DNA of 64,000 bases from Centroscyllium fabricii (lineage: Eukaryota): assembly GCA_051313645.2 (NCBI GenBank), contig JBNRSN020000014.1, positions 151,962,001-152,026,000 on the forward strand, given 5' to 3'. A model generated the notes under the pieces. It saw only the letters and a list, made by a program, of their open reading frames with translations. It made no database searches and was not told where the DNA came from. Positions 44,475 to 54,361 of the stretch are shown here, piece by piece. The position numbers and the translations under genes were made by a program. The stretch's first letter is position 1; every line of letters begins with the position of its first letter.

Positions 44475-46325
44475 ATGGACCCAGCAGAGGCACTGAAACG
44501 TCTGATACATGTGGAGGGGGCCCTGGCACACCAAGGTCTGGCCTTGGGGGAAGTTATTTCCAAGATAAAGGGGTTGACTACCGCCTGGAGCCAGCGGGAA
44601 GTGTCGGAGTCGGCAGGGGTCTCGCTTCCACCACACACGGATTCAGAGGGGGGGCTAGCACCCATGCATCAACTAATAGCTCCCGCACTCGAACCCCGTG
44701 TCGGGGTACCAGAGCGATATGCCGGTGATCCCGAGCAGTGTGAGCCTTTTCTCACCAGCTGCTCCATACTTTTTTCATTACAGCCCCACACCTTTGCCAA
44801 TGAGAGGACAAGAGTAGCTTTCGTAATTAATCACCTCACGGATAGAGCCCGGCTTTGGGGAACCGCCGAGTGGGAGAGAAATACTCAGGCTTGTTTTTCT
44901 TTCGAGGCGTTCTCCACTGAATTGAGAAGGGTGTTTGGCAGGGTGAGATTCGACTCTGAAGCAGCCCAGGGACTCATGAGTCTAAGCCAGGGAAACGATA
45001 CGGTGGCGAATTACGCTATAGATTTTCGTATCAGGGCTCGTCGGAGTGAGTGGAATCAGGCCGCTTTAAGGGAGGTGTTTATTCATGGCCTGTCCGAGTA
45101 TATCAAGGATGACCTAGTCTCCTACGACCTTCCTCCCACCCTAGATGAACTCATTTATCTGACCACCCGGATCGATCTTCGCATCCAGGCGCGTCGACGT
45201 GAGAGACGTCTGGGAGGGTCTGGTCGACATCCTCCTAGTCAAACTCCAGAGGTATTCATGACACCCAGGGGGACTGCGACTGCTAGGCCTGAGCGAGTGG
45301 CCCCCGAATCAATGCAATGGGGTCGCAACCAAGGAAGATTCGGGCCATCCAGAGAGACGGTTGCAGCAGGGGTAGAGCCAGGGGGTCCTGAGCCTATGCA
45401 GTTGGGCCGCACCGGGTTTCGGCCAGCAAGGTATAAGGGACCGCACTCACCTACCAATGGAGTCGTTATGATGAGCCGAGCTCCTGATGGCTTCTCTTCC
45501 AACCCACGACCCTTGTGTCAAGCAAGATTTCTTCTCCCCAGGGGATCCCAGAGCATCATTATATGTATTGACTCTGGAGCGGACATGAATATAATTGATG
45601 AGGATCTGGTCACGCAACTGGGGATTGACCAGGAGCCACTACCACAGTCGTATCCTGTCCATGCCCTTGATGGTCATATTTTGGGAACGGTGACACACCA
45701 GACCTCACCTGTTCTGATGCTGATGTCTGGAGACCATCAGGAGAGTATCCAGTTCCACATTTTACGATCACCACAGATTCCGTTGATTCTTGGACACGCT
45801 TGGCTTCGTCGCCACAACCCGCACATTGATTGGAACACTGGAGATATTCTGGGCTGGAACCTTTCCTGTCACCAGGGCTGTCTGAGACGGGCTCAGATTT
45901 CTGGCCTTCGCGCGACGGACCAAGACCCGCCTGCTGCCAACTATAGTCGTTCTGGGTCTCCAGAGAGACAGGTTGGGCAGAGGGAGTTTGACCCAGCGGA
46001 GAGGTTTTCGTGTCCTACTCAAGATATAGGGGAAACGCAACCCATTAGCGACTCCCATTCGAGCCACCTCGATCAGCCAGACAAGGAGACTTCGACTCTT
46101 GAGAGATCTAGGCAAGTCATCGGAGCCATTCAGTTACAGGAGAGCCTGACCAAGGAGGAGGAACCTGATGATGAGTGGGAATCTGCAGACGAAGAGGATT
46201 CTTCTCAGTCAGATTACGAGACGGACATAGAGGAGTGTTTCGAGGACTATTGGTTCCCCTCCACACTTCTTTACCCGCCTGATCCGGCATTTGAGGCTTT
46301 GGGACGTCAGGAGTCGCCCCCTTGA
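44475..46325 (+). CDS. gag-pro: E2 Gag-aspartic protease polyprotein with acidic C-terminal tail (616 aa)
   Basis: Capsid-like motifs of sushi/PEG10-type Gag (PERYAGDPEQCEPFL, RVAFVINHLTDRARLW, LSQGNDTVANYAIDFR, FIHGLSEYIKD, EPMQLG). Protease active site IDSGAD and LILGHAWLRRHNPHIDW. No CCHC, YxDD or DDE motif. Confidence 0.93.
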   Translation: MDPAEALKRLIHVEGALAHQGLALGEVISKIKGLTTAWSQREVSESAGVSLPPHTDSEGGLAPMHQLIAPALEPRVGVPERYAGDPEQCEPFLTSCSILFSLQPHTFANERTRVAFVINHLTDRARLWGTAEWERNTQACFSFEAFSTELRRVFGRVRFDSEAAQGLMSLSQGNDTVANYAIDFRIRARRSEWNQAALREVFIHGLSEYIKDDLVSYDLPPTLDELIYLTTRIDLRIQARRRERRLGGSGRHPPSQTPEVFMTPRGTATARPERVAPESMQWGRNQGRFGPSRETVAAGVEPGGPEPMQLGRTGFRPARYKGPHSPTNGVVMMSRAPDGFSSNPRPLCQARFLLPRGSQSIIICIDSGADMNIIDEDLVTQLGIDQEPLPQSYPVHALDGHILGTVTHQTSPVLMLMSGDHQESIQFHILRSPQIPLILGHAWLRRHNPHIDWNTGDILGWNLSCHQGCLRRAQISGLRATDQDPPAANYSRSGSPERQVGQREFDPAERFSCPTQDIGETQPISDSHSSHLDQPDKETSTLERSRQVIGAIQLQESLTKEEEPDDEWESADEEDSSQSDYETDIEECFEDYWFPSTLLYPPDPAFEALGRQESPP

Positions 46326-46333
46326 GGGGGGGG
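46324..46333 (+). promoter_or_regulatory. E2 polypurine tract
   Basis: GAGGGGGGGG followed by TTC and the 3' LTR; it overlaps the TGA stop of the ORF. Confidence 0.88.
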
Positions 46334-46336
46334 TTC

Positions 46337-47046
46337 TGTCATGGGGTGGACTGTCCCTTTTAGTTTATAGAGGTTTCTTTAGGGTTTTGGGACTGTCCCT
46401 TTAAGTTCATAGGGGTTCTTTTCAGCTTATTGAGTCGTTACTCCAATTATCATGTCCTTCTCTGGATTGGTTAGCCCCTATTATACAATTAGCTGGAGAG
46501 GGTTATTAGCCTCCAGTCTTCACCTGTTCATTGCCAGTTCGTTTTGGTTTCTGGTGCTGTGAGAGTAGAGTGTTCTATTGTTTTCTTCATCCTGTTATTT
46601 TGTTATATATTACTGTTAAGTTTCTATTCGAGTTTGCTTTTGGACTACCTGTTTCGGTCAAGTTGGATTACTTGCTGTGTTCACAACAGGAGCCATCTTC
46701 CCTGGACTGTTGGGACTGGAAGTACTTCTGCACCAGATTTTGGGCCTTGCTTTTCAACTACCAACACTTAGGGTTTGGATTGTTGAGCTCCTGCTTACCG
46801 GCTCTCGGGACATTGGACTACCAACACTTAGGGTTTGGATTGTTGAGCTCCTGCTTACCGGTTCTCGGGACATTGGACTATTGCTTTCTTTGTGATTGAC
46901 TATATTCATTCATTGTTTATTACACTGTGGTTATCATATCGTTATATATATATATATATAGATTTTGTCCTGGGAATAAAGGTATTTTGTGTCTGTTTAC
47001 GGACTTCCGGTGTTTCTGCGTTTGGGTCCTAAACCGATCCCTTACA
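46337..47046 (+). repeat. E2 3' LTR (710 bp)
   Basis: Direct repeat of 43749-44458, with poly(A) signal AATAAA at 46975-46980. Confidence 0.97.
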
Positions 47047-50000
47047 GAGAGAGGATTGACTGAGGGAGGATTGACTGAGAGAAGATTGACGCAGAGAGAA
47101 CTGACTGAGGGAGGATTGACTGAGAGAGAACTGACTGAGAGAGGATTGACTGAGGGAGGACTGACTGAGAGAGAACTGACTGAGAGAGTACTGACTGAGA
47201 GATGATTGACTGAGGGAGGATTCACTGAGAGAGGATTCACTGAGAGAGAACTGACTGAGAGAGAACTGACTGAGAGAGGATTGACTGAGGGAGGATTGAC
47301 TGAGAGAGAACTGACTGAGAGAGGATTGACTGAGAGAGGATTGACTGAGAGAGGATTGACTGAGAGAGAACTGACTGAGAGAGGATTGACTGAGGGAGGA
47401 TTGACTGAGAGAGGATTGACTGAGAGAGGACTGACTGAGAGAGGGTTGACTGTGGGAGGATTGACTGAGAGAGGACTGACTGAGAGAGGATTGACTGAGA
47501 GAGGATTGACTGAGAGAGAACTGACTGAGAGAGAACTGACTGAGAGAGAACTGACTGAGTGAGGATTGACTGAGGGAGGACTGACTGAGACAGGATTGAC
47601 TGAGGGAGGATTGACTGAGAGAGAACTGACTGAGAGAGGATTGACGGAGAGAGGATTGACTGATAGAGGACTGACTGAAGGAGGACTGACTGAGAAAGGA
47701 TTGAAAGAGAAATAACTGACTGAGAGGATTGACTGAGGGAGAACTGACTGAGGGAGAACTGACTGAGAGAGGATTGACTGAGGGAGAACTCACTGAGAGA
47801 GAACAGACAGAGAGAGAACTGACTGAGGGAGGATTGACTGAGAGAGGATTGACTGCGAGAGGACTGACTGAGAGAGAACTGACTGAGAGAGGATTGACTG
47901 AGAGAGGATTGACTGAGGGAGGATTGAATGAGAGAGGATTGACTGAGGGAGGATTGACTGTGAGAGAACTGACTCAGAGAGAATTGACTGAGGGAGGATT
48001 GACTGAGGGAGGATTGACTGAGAGAGAACTGACTGAGAGAGGATTGACTGAGAGAGGTTTGACTGAGAGAGGATTGACTGCGGGAGGATTGACTGAGGGA
48101 GGATTGACTGAGGGAGGATTGAATGAGAGAGGATTGACTGAGGGAGGATTGACTGAGGGAGGATTGACTGAGGGAGGATTGAATGAGAGAGGATTGACTG
48201 AGGGAGGATTGACTGAGAGAGAACTGACTCAGAGAGAATTGACTGAGGGAGGATTGACAGAGAGAGGATTCACTGAGAGAGAACTGACTGAGAGAGGATT
48301 GACTGAGGGAGTATTGATGGAGAGAGGATTTACTGAGGGAGGATTGACTGAGAGAGGATTGACTGAGAGAGGATTGACTGAGGGAGGATTGACTGAGAAA
48401 GGATTGACTGAGAGAGGATTGACTGAGGGAGAATTGACTGAGAGAGGATTGACTGAGAGAGAACTGACTGAGAGAGGATTGACTGAGGGAGGATTGACTG
48501 AGAGAGGATTGACTCAGAGAGGATTGACTGAGGGAGGATTGAATGAGAGAGGATTGACTGAGGGAGAACTGACTGAGAGATGATTGACTGAGAGAGGACT
48601 GACTGAGAGAGGACTGACTGAGAGATGATTGACTGAGGGAGGATTGACTGAGAGAATATTGACTGAGAGAGGATTTACTAGGAGTGAACTGACTGAGAGA
48701 GGACTGACTGAGGGAGGATTGACTGAGAGAGAACTGACTGAGGGAGGACTGACTGAGAGAGGATTGACTTAGAGAGAACTGACTGAGAGGAGATTGACTG
48801 AACTAGGACTGACTGAGAAGAACTGACTGAGAGAGGACTGACTGAGAGAAGATTTTCTGAGGGAGGATTGACTGAGAGAGGATTGACTGAGAGAGAACTG
48901 ACTTAGAGAGGATTGACTGATGGAGGATTGATTGAGAGAGGATTGACTGAGGGAGGATTGAATGAGAGAGAACTGACTGAGAGAGGATTGACTGAGAGAG
49001 GATTGACTGAGAGAGGATTGAATGAGAGAGGATTGACTGAGGGAGGATTGACTGAGAGAAGATTGACGCAGAGAGAACTGACTGAGAGAGGATTGACTGA
49101 GAGAGAACTGACTGAGAGAGGATTGACTGAGGGAGGACTGACTGAGAGAGAACTGACTGAGAGAGTACTGACTGAGGGATGATTGACTGAGGGAGGATTC
49201 ACTGAGAGAGGATTCACTGAGAGAGAACTGACTGAGAGAGAACTGACTGAGAGAGGATCGACTGAGGGAGGATTGACTGAGAGAGAACTGACTGAGAGAG
49301 GATTGACTGAGAGAGGATTGACTGAGAGAGGATTGACTGAGAGAGAACTGACTGAGAGAGGATTGACTGAGGGAGGATTGACTGAGAGAGGATTGACTGA
49401 TAGAGGACTGACTGAGAGAGGATTGACTGTGGGAGGATTGACTGAGAGAGGACTGACTGAGAGAGGATTGACTGAGAGAGGATTGACTGAGAGAGAACTG
49501 ACTGAGAGAGAACTGACTGAGAGAGAACTGACTGAGTGAGGATTGACTGAGGGAGGTGTGACTGAGACAGGATTGACTGAGGGAGGATTGACTGAGAGAG
49601 AACTGACTGAGAGAGGTTTGACGGAGAGAGGATTGACTGATAGAGGACTGACTGAGGGAGGACTGACTGAGAAAGGATTGAATGAGAAATAACTGACTGA
49701 GAGGATTGACTGAGGGAGAACTGACTGAGGGAGAACTGACTGAGAGAGGATTGACTGAGGGAGAACTCACTGAGAGAGAACAGACAGAGAGAGAACTGAC
49801 TGAGAGAGGATTGACTGAGAGAGGATTGACTGCGAGAGGACTGACTGAGAGAGAACTGACTGAGAGAGAACTGACTGGGGGAGGATTGACTGAGGGAGGA
49901 TTGACTGAGAGAGGACTGACTGAGAGAGGACTGACTGAGAGAGGATTGACTGAGAGAGGATTGACTGAGGGAAGATTGAATGAGAGAGGATTGACTGAGG

Positions 50001-52087
50001 GAGGATTGACTGTGAGAGAACTGACTCAGAGAGAATTGACTGAGGGAGGATTGACTGAGGGAGGATTGACTGAGAGAGAACTGACTGAGAGAGGATTGAC
50101 TGAGAGAGGTTTGACTGAGAGAGGATTGACTGAGGGAGGATTGACTGAGGGAGGATTGACTGAGGGAGGATTGAATGAGAGAGGATTGACTGAGGGAGGA
50201 TTGACTGAGGGAGGATTGACTGAGGCAGGATTGAATGAGAGAGGATTGACTGAGGGAGGATTGACTGAGAGAGAACTGACTCAGAGAGAATTGACTGAGG
50301 GAGGATTGACAGAGAGAGGGTTCACTGAGAGAGAACTGACTGAGAGAGGATTGACTGAGGGAGTATTGATGGAGAGAGGATTTACTGAGGGAGGATTGAC
50401 TGAGAGAGGATTGACTGAGAGAGGATTGACTGAGGGAGGATTGACTGAGAGAGGATTGACTGAGAGAGGATTGACTGAGGGAGAATTGACTGAGAGAGGA
50501 TTGACTGAGAGAGAACTGACTGAGAGAGGATTGACTGAGGGAGGATTGACTGAGAGAGGATTGACTCAGAGAGGATTGACTGAGGGAGGATTGAATGAGA
50601 GAGGATTGACTGAGGGAGAACTGACTGAGAGATGATTGACTGAGAGAGGACTGACTGAGAGAGGACTGACTGAGAGATGATTGACTGAGGGAGGATTGAC
50701 TGAGAGAATATTGACTGAGAGAGGATTTACTAGGAGTGAACTGACTGAGAGAGGACTGACTGAGGGAGGATTGACTGAGAGAGAACTGACTGAGGGAGGA
50801 CTGACTGAGAGAGGATTGACTGAGAGAGAACTGACTGAGAGGAGATTGACTGAAGCAGGACTGACTGAGAAGAACTGACTGAGAGAGGACTGACTGAGAG
50901 AGGATTTTCTGAGGGAGGATTGACTGAGAGAGGATTGACTGAGAGAGAACTGACTGAGAGAGGATTGACTGAGGGAGGATTGATTGAGAGAGGATTGACT
51001 GAGGGAGGATTGAATGAGAGAGAACTGACTGAGAGAGGATTGACTGAGAGAGGATTGACTGAGAGAGGATTGAATGAGAGAGGATTGACTGAGGGAGGAT
51101 TGACTGAGAGAAGATTGACGCAGAGAGAACTGACTGAGAGAGGATTGACTGAGAGAGAACTGACTGAGAGAGGATTGACTGAGGGAGGACTGACAGGGAG
51201 AACTGACTGAGAGAGTACTGACTGAGAGATGATTGACTGAGGGAGGATTCACTGAGAGAGGATTCACTGAGAGAGAACTGACTGAGAGAGAACTGACTGA
51301 GAGAGGATTGACTGAGGGAGGATTGACTGAGAGTGAACTGACTGAGAGAGGATTGACTGAGAGAGGATTGACTGAGAGAGGATTGACTGAGAGAGAACTG
51401 ACTGAGAGAGGATTGACTGAGGGAGGATTGACTGAGAGAGGATTGACTGAGAGAGGACTGACTGAGAGAGGATTGACTGTGGGAGGATTGACTGAGAGAG
51501 GACTGACTGAGAGAGGATTGACTGAGAGAGGATTGACTGAGAGAGAACTGACTGAGAGAGAACTGACTGAGAGAGAACTGACTGAGTGAGGATTGACTGA
51601 GGGAGGACTGACTGAGACAGGATTGACTGAGGGAGGATTGACTGAGAGAGAACTGACTGAGAGAGGATTGACGGAGAGAGGATTGACTGATAGAGGACTG
51701 ACTGAGGGAGGACTGACTGAGAAAGGATTGAATGAGAAATAACTGACTGAGAGGATTGACTGAGGGAGAACTGACTGAGGGAGAACTGACTGAGAGAGGA
51801 TTGACTGAGGGAGAACTCACTGAGAGAGAACAGACAGAGAGAGAACTGACTGAGAGAGGATTGACTGAGAGAGGATTGACTGCGAGAGGACTGACTGAGA
51901 GAGAACTGACTGGGGGAGGATTGACTGAGGGAGTATTGACTGAGGGAGGATTGACTGAGAGAGGATTGACTGAGGGAGGATTGAATGAGAGAGGATTGAC
52001 TGAGGGAGGATTGACTGAGAGAGAACTGACTCAGAGAGAATTGACTGAGTGAGGAATGACTGAGAGAGGATTGACTGAGAGAGAACT
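47047..52087 (+). repeat. 15-bp satellite array, block 2, with ~2-kb higher-order repeats (offsets 1977 and 2050)
   Basis: Same monomers as block 1. Near-identical translations at 47206/49183/51233 and related ones at 47729/49706/51756. Confidence 0.98.
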
Positions 52088-52719
52088 TGTAAGGGATCGG
52101 TTTAGGACCCAAATGCAGAAACACCGGAAGTCCGTAGCAGACACAAATCACCTTTATTCCCAAAACCAAAACCTATCTATATATAACGATATCATAAACC
52201 ACAGTGCAATAACAATAAATGACAATAGTCAATAATCCCGAGTGTCGGTAAAACAGCAGTTCAAAAGTCCAAACCCCTAATTCAGGTGGTTGTAGAAACA
52301 AGGCCCAAAGCCTGGTGCAGAGATACTCCCAGTAATCCACAGTCCAGGGAAGGTGACTCCTTGTTCCGAGTACTGCAAGTAATCCAACTTGACCGAAAAC
52401 TGGTAATCCAGAAATGACTCGAATAGAACCTAAATATGATATAACAGGATACAGGATACAGGATACAGGATACACAGAACACTTCTCACTCTCTCAGTAC
52501 CAGAAACAAACGAACTGGCAAAGATCAGGTGTAGACTGGAGGCTAATAACCATCTCCAGCTAAATTGTATAATTGGAGCCAGCCAATCCAGTGAAGGACA
52601 TGATAAATGAAGTCATAACTCAATAAACAGAAAGGAAACCCTTAGAAACTAAAAGGAACAGTCCAATAAACAGAAAGAAAAACCTCTATATACTTAAAGG
52701 CACAGTCCACCCCATGACA
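52088..52719 (-). repeat. E3 3' LTR (632 bp)
   Basis: Direct repeat of 54362-55000 except for a 7-bp indel (CCAAAAT) beside an (ACAGGAT)4 tract. AATAAA at 52153-52158 (minus). Confidence 0.96.
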
Positions 52720-52722
52720 GAA

Positions 52723-52732
52723 CCCCCCCCTC
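52723..52732 (-). promoter_or_regulatory. E3 polypurine tract
   Basis: The minus strand reads GAGGGGGGGG-TTC-TGTCA, identical to E2. Confidence 0.88.
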
Positions 52733-54344
52733 AAGGGGGCGACTCCTGACGTCCCAAAGCCTCAAATGCCGGATCAGACGGGTAACGAAGTGTGGAGGGG
52801 AACCAATAGTCCTCGAAGCACTCCTCTATGTCCGTCTCATAATCTGACTGAGAAGAATCCTCTTCGTCAGCAGATTCCCACTCATCATCAGGTTCCTCCT
52901 CCTTGGTCAGGCTCTCCTGTAACTGAATGGATCCGATTACTTGCCTAGGTCCCTCAAGAGTCGAAGTCTCCTTGTCTGGCTGGTCGAGGTGGCTCAAATG
53001 AGAGTCGCTAATGGGTTGCGTATCCCTTCTATCGTGAGTAGGAAACGAGAGCTTCTCCGCTGGGCCATACTCCCTCTGCCCAACCTGTTTCTCAGGAGAC
53101 CCAGAACGACTATGGTTGGCAGCAGGCGGGTCTCGGTCCGCCGCGCGAAGGCCAGAAGTCTGAGCCCGTCTCAGACAGCCCTGGTGACAGGAAAGATTCC
53201 AGCCCAAAATATCTCCTGTGTTCCAATCAATGTGCGGGTTGTGGCGACGAAGCCAAGCGTGTCCCAGAATCAACGGAATCTGTGGTGATCGTAAGATGTG
53301 GAACTGAATACTCTCCTGGTGATCTCCAGACATAAGCATCAGAATAGGTGAGGTCTGGTGTGTCACCGTTCCCAAGAGATGGCCATCAAGGGCTTGGACA
53401 GGATACGGCTGTGGTAGTGGCTCCTGGTCAATTCCCAGTTGCGTGACCAAATCCTCATCAATTATATTAATGTCAGCTCCAGAGTCAATACATATGATGA
53501 GACTCTGGGATCCCCTGGGGAGAAGAAATCTTGCTTGACACAAAGGTCGTGGGTTGGAAGAGAGGCCATCAGGAGTTCGGCTCATCATTACGACTCCATT
53601 GATAGGTGAGTGCGGTCCCTTATACCTCGCTGGCCGAAAACCGGTGCGGCCCAGCTGCATAGGCTCAGGACCCCCTGGCTCCGCCCCTGCTGTAACAGTA
53701 TCTCTGGATGACCTGAATACATCTGGAGGCCGACTCGGAGGATGTCGACCAGACGTTCCCAGACATCTCTCACGTCGACGCGCCTGGATGCGAAGATCAA
53801 TGGCGTAATCTACAACAGCCTGATTACCCTGGCTCATGCTCCTGAGCCCCTCAGCCGCTTCAGCCCCAAAGGCTACCTTGCCAAAAACCCTTCTTAACTC
53901 GTCTGAAAATGTCCTGAACGAACAGCATGCCTGAGTATCTCTCTCCCACTCGGCTGTTCCCCAGAGTCTAGCTCTCCCAGAGAGATGGTTTATTACAAAG
54001 GCTACCCTTGCCTTTTCGCTGGCAAAGGTGCGAGGTTGTAAAAAAAAAAGGATAGAGCAGTTTATAATAAATGGGTCGCACTGTTCTGGTTCACCGGCAT
54101 AACGTTCCGGTACCCCGACTCGGGGCTCGGGTGTGATGCTCTGTAGGAGAGTCATGGAAGCTGATTCTGATGTTAAGACCGGTTCAGGTGTGGAAGAAGT
54201 CCCTGCCTGGTCCGATGCTGCGAGCGACCTCCAGTCGGAGGTTAGCTGTTCCATTTTAGAAAACATGTCCCTAAAGGCCCGACCCTGACGTGCTAGGGCC
54301 TCCTCAATGCGTGCCAGACGTCCCGGTGTGTCCGCTGGGTTCAT
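52731..54344 (-). CDS. gag-pro: E3 Gag-aspartic protease polyprotein with acidic tail (537 aa from the ATG after the PBS); in-frame deletion in the capsid
   Basis: Starts MNPADTPGRL at 54344 (the track start 54443 is a non-ATG codon inside the LTR). Has the IDSGAD protease motif and a C-terminal half nearly identical to E2, but lacks 51-aa and 28-aa segments present in E2. Confidence 0.9.
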   Translation of the reverse strand: MNPADTPGRLARIEEALARQGRAFRDMFSKMEQLTSDWRSLAASDQAGTSSTPEPVLTSESASMTLLQSITPEPRVGVPERYAGEPEQCDPFIINCSILFFLQPRTFASEKARVAFVINHLSGRARLWGTAEWERDTQACCSFRTFSDELRRVFGKVAFGAEAAEGLRSMSQGNQAVVDYAIDLRIQARRRERCLGTSGRHPPSRPPDVFRSSRDTVTAGAEPGGPEPMQLGRTGFRPARYKGPHSPINGVVMMSRTPDGLSSNPRPLCQARFLLPRGSQSLIICIDSGADINIIDEDLVTQLGIDQEPLPQPYPVQALDGHLLGTVTHQTSPILMLMSGDHQESIQFHILRSPQIPLILGHAWLRRHNPHIDWNTGDILGWNLSCHQGCLRRAQTSGLRAADRDPPAANHSRSGSPEKQVGQREYGPAEKLSFPTHDRRDTQPISDSHLSHLDQPDKETSTLEGPRQVIGSIQLQESLTKEEEPDDEWESADEEDSSQSDYETDIEECFEDYWFPSTLRYPSDPAFEALGRQESPP

Positions 54345-54349
54345 GATTG

Positions 54350-54360
54350 GCCAGTTCGTT
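54350..54360 (-). promoter_or_regulatory. E3 self-priming primer-binding site (AACGAACTGGC)
   Basis: Exact complement at 54790-54800 in the 5' LTR, ~24 nt downstream of TTATTA (54825-54830, minus). Confidence 0.85.
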
Positions 54361-54361
54361 C

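Larger units (their letters stand above)
43749..47046 (+). mobile_element. E2: complete non-autonomous Ty3/Gypsy (sushi-like) LTR element, Gag-protease only, 3298 bp
   Basis: Two 710-bp LTRs (TGTCA...TTACA), 5-bp TSD GAGAG (43744-43748 and 47047-47051), PBS, a single 616-aa ORF and a PPT. No room or motif for RT, RNase H or integrase. Confidence 0.97.
35650..47880 (+). repeat. Higher-order duplication, period 4773 bp, with the second copy interrupted by E2 (boundaries approximate)
   Basis: Offset 4773 at 37204/41977, 37601/42374, 38576/43349 and 38815/43588. Beyond E2 the register continues with offset 4773+3303 (39653/47729). Confidence 0.85.

Noticed and set aside
44467-44480. TGGCCACC as a tRNA primer-binding site
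   Set aside because: The TGG is 8 nt away from the LTR end and is absent in E1 and E4, whereas the self-complementary 11-mer explains all four elements.
45239-46115. Antisense ORFs shared by E2 (45239-45502, 45768-46115) and E3 (53554-53808, 52941-53288)
   Set aside because: These are expected shadows of a conserved sense ORF with high DNA identity, and they show no recognisable motif.
44475-46325. Host domesticated gene (PEG10/RTL1 orthologue)
   Set aside because: The ORF is bounded by apparently identical LTRs, PBS, PPT and a TSD inside satellite, and related copies lie nearby, so it is a mobile element and not a fixed host gene.
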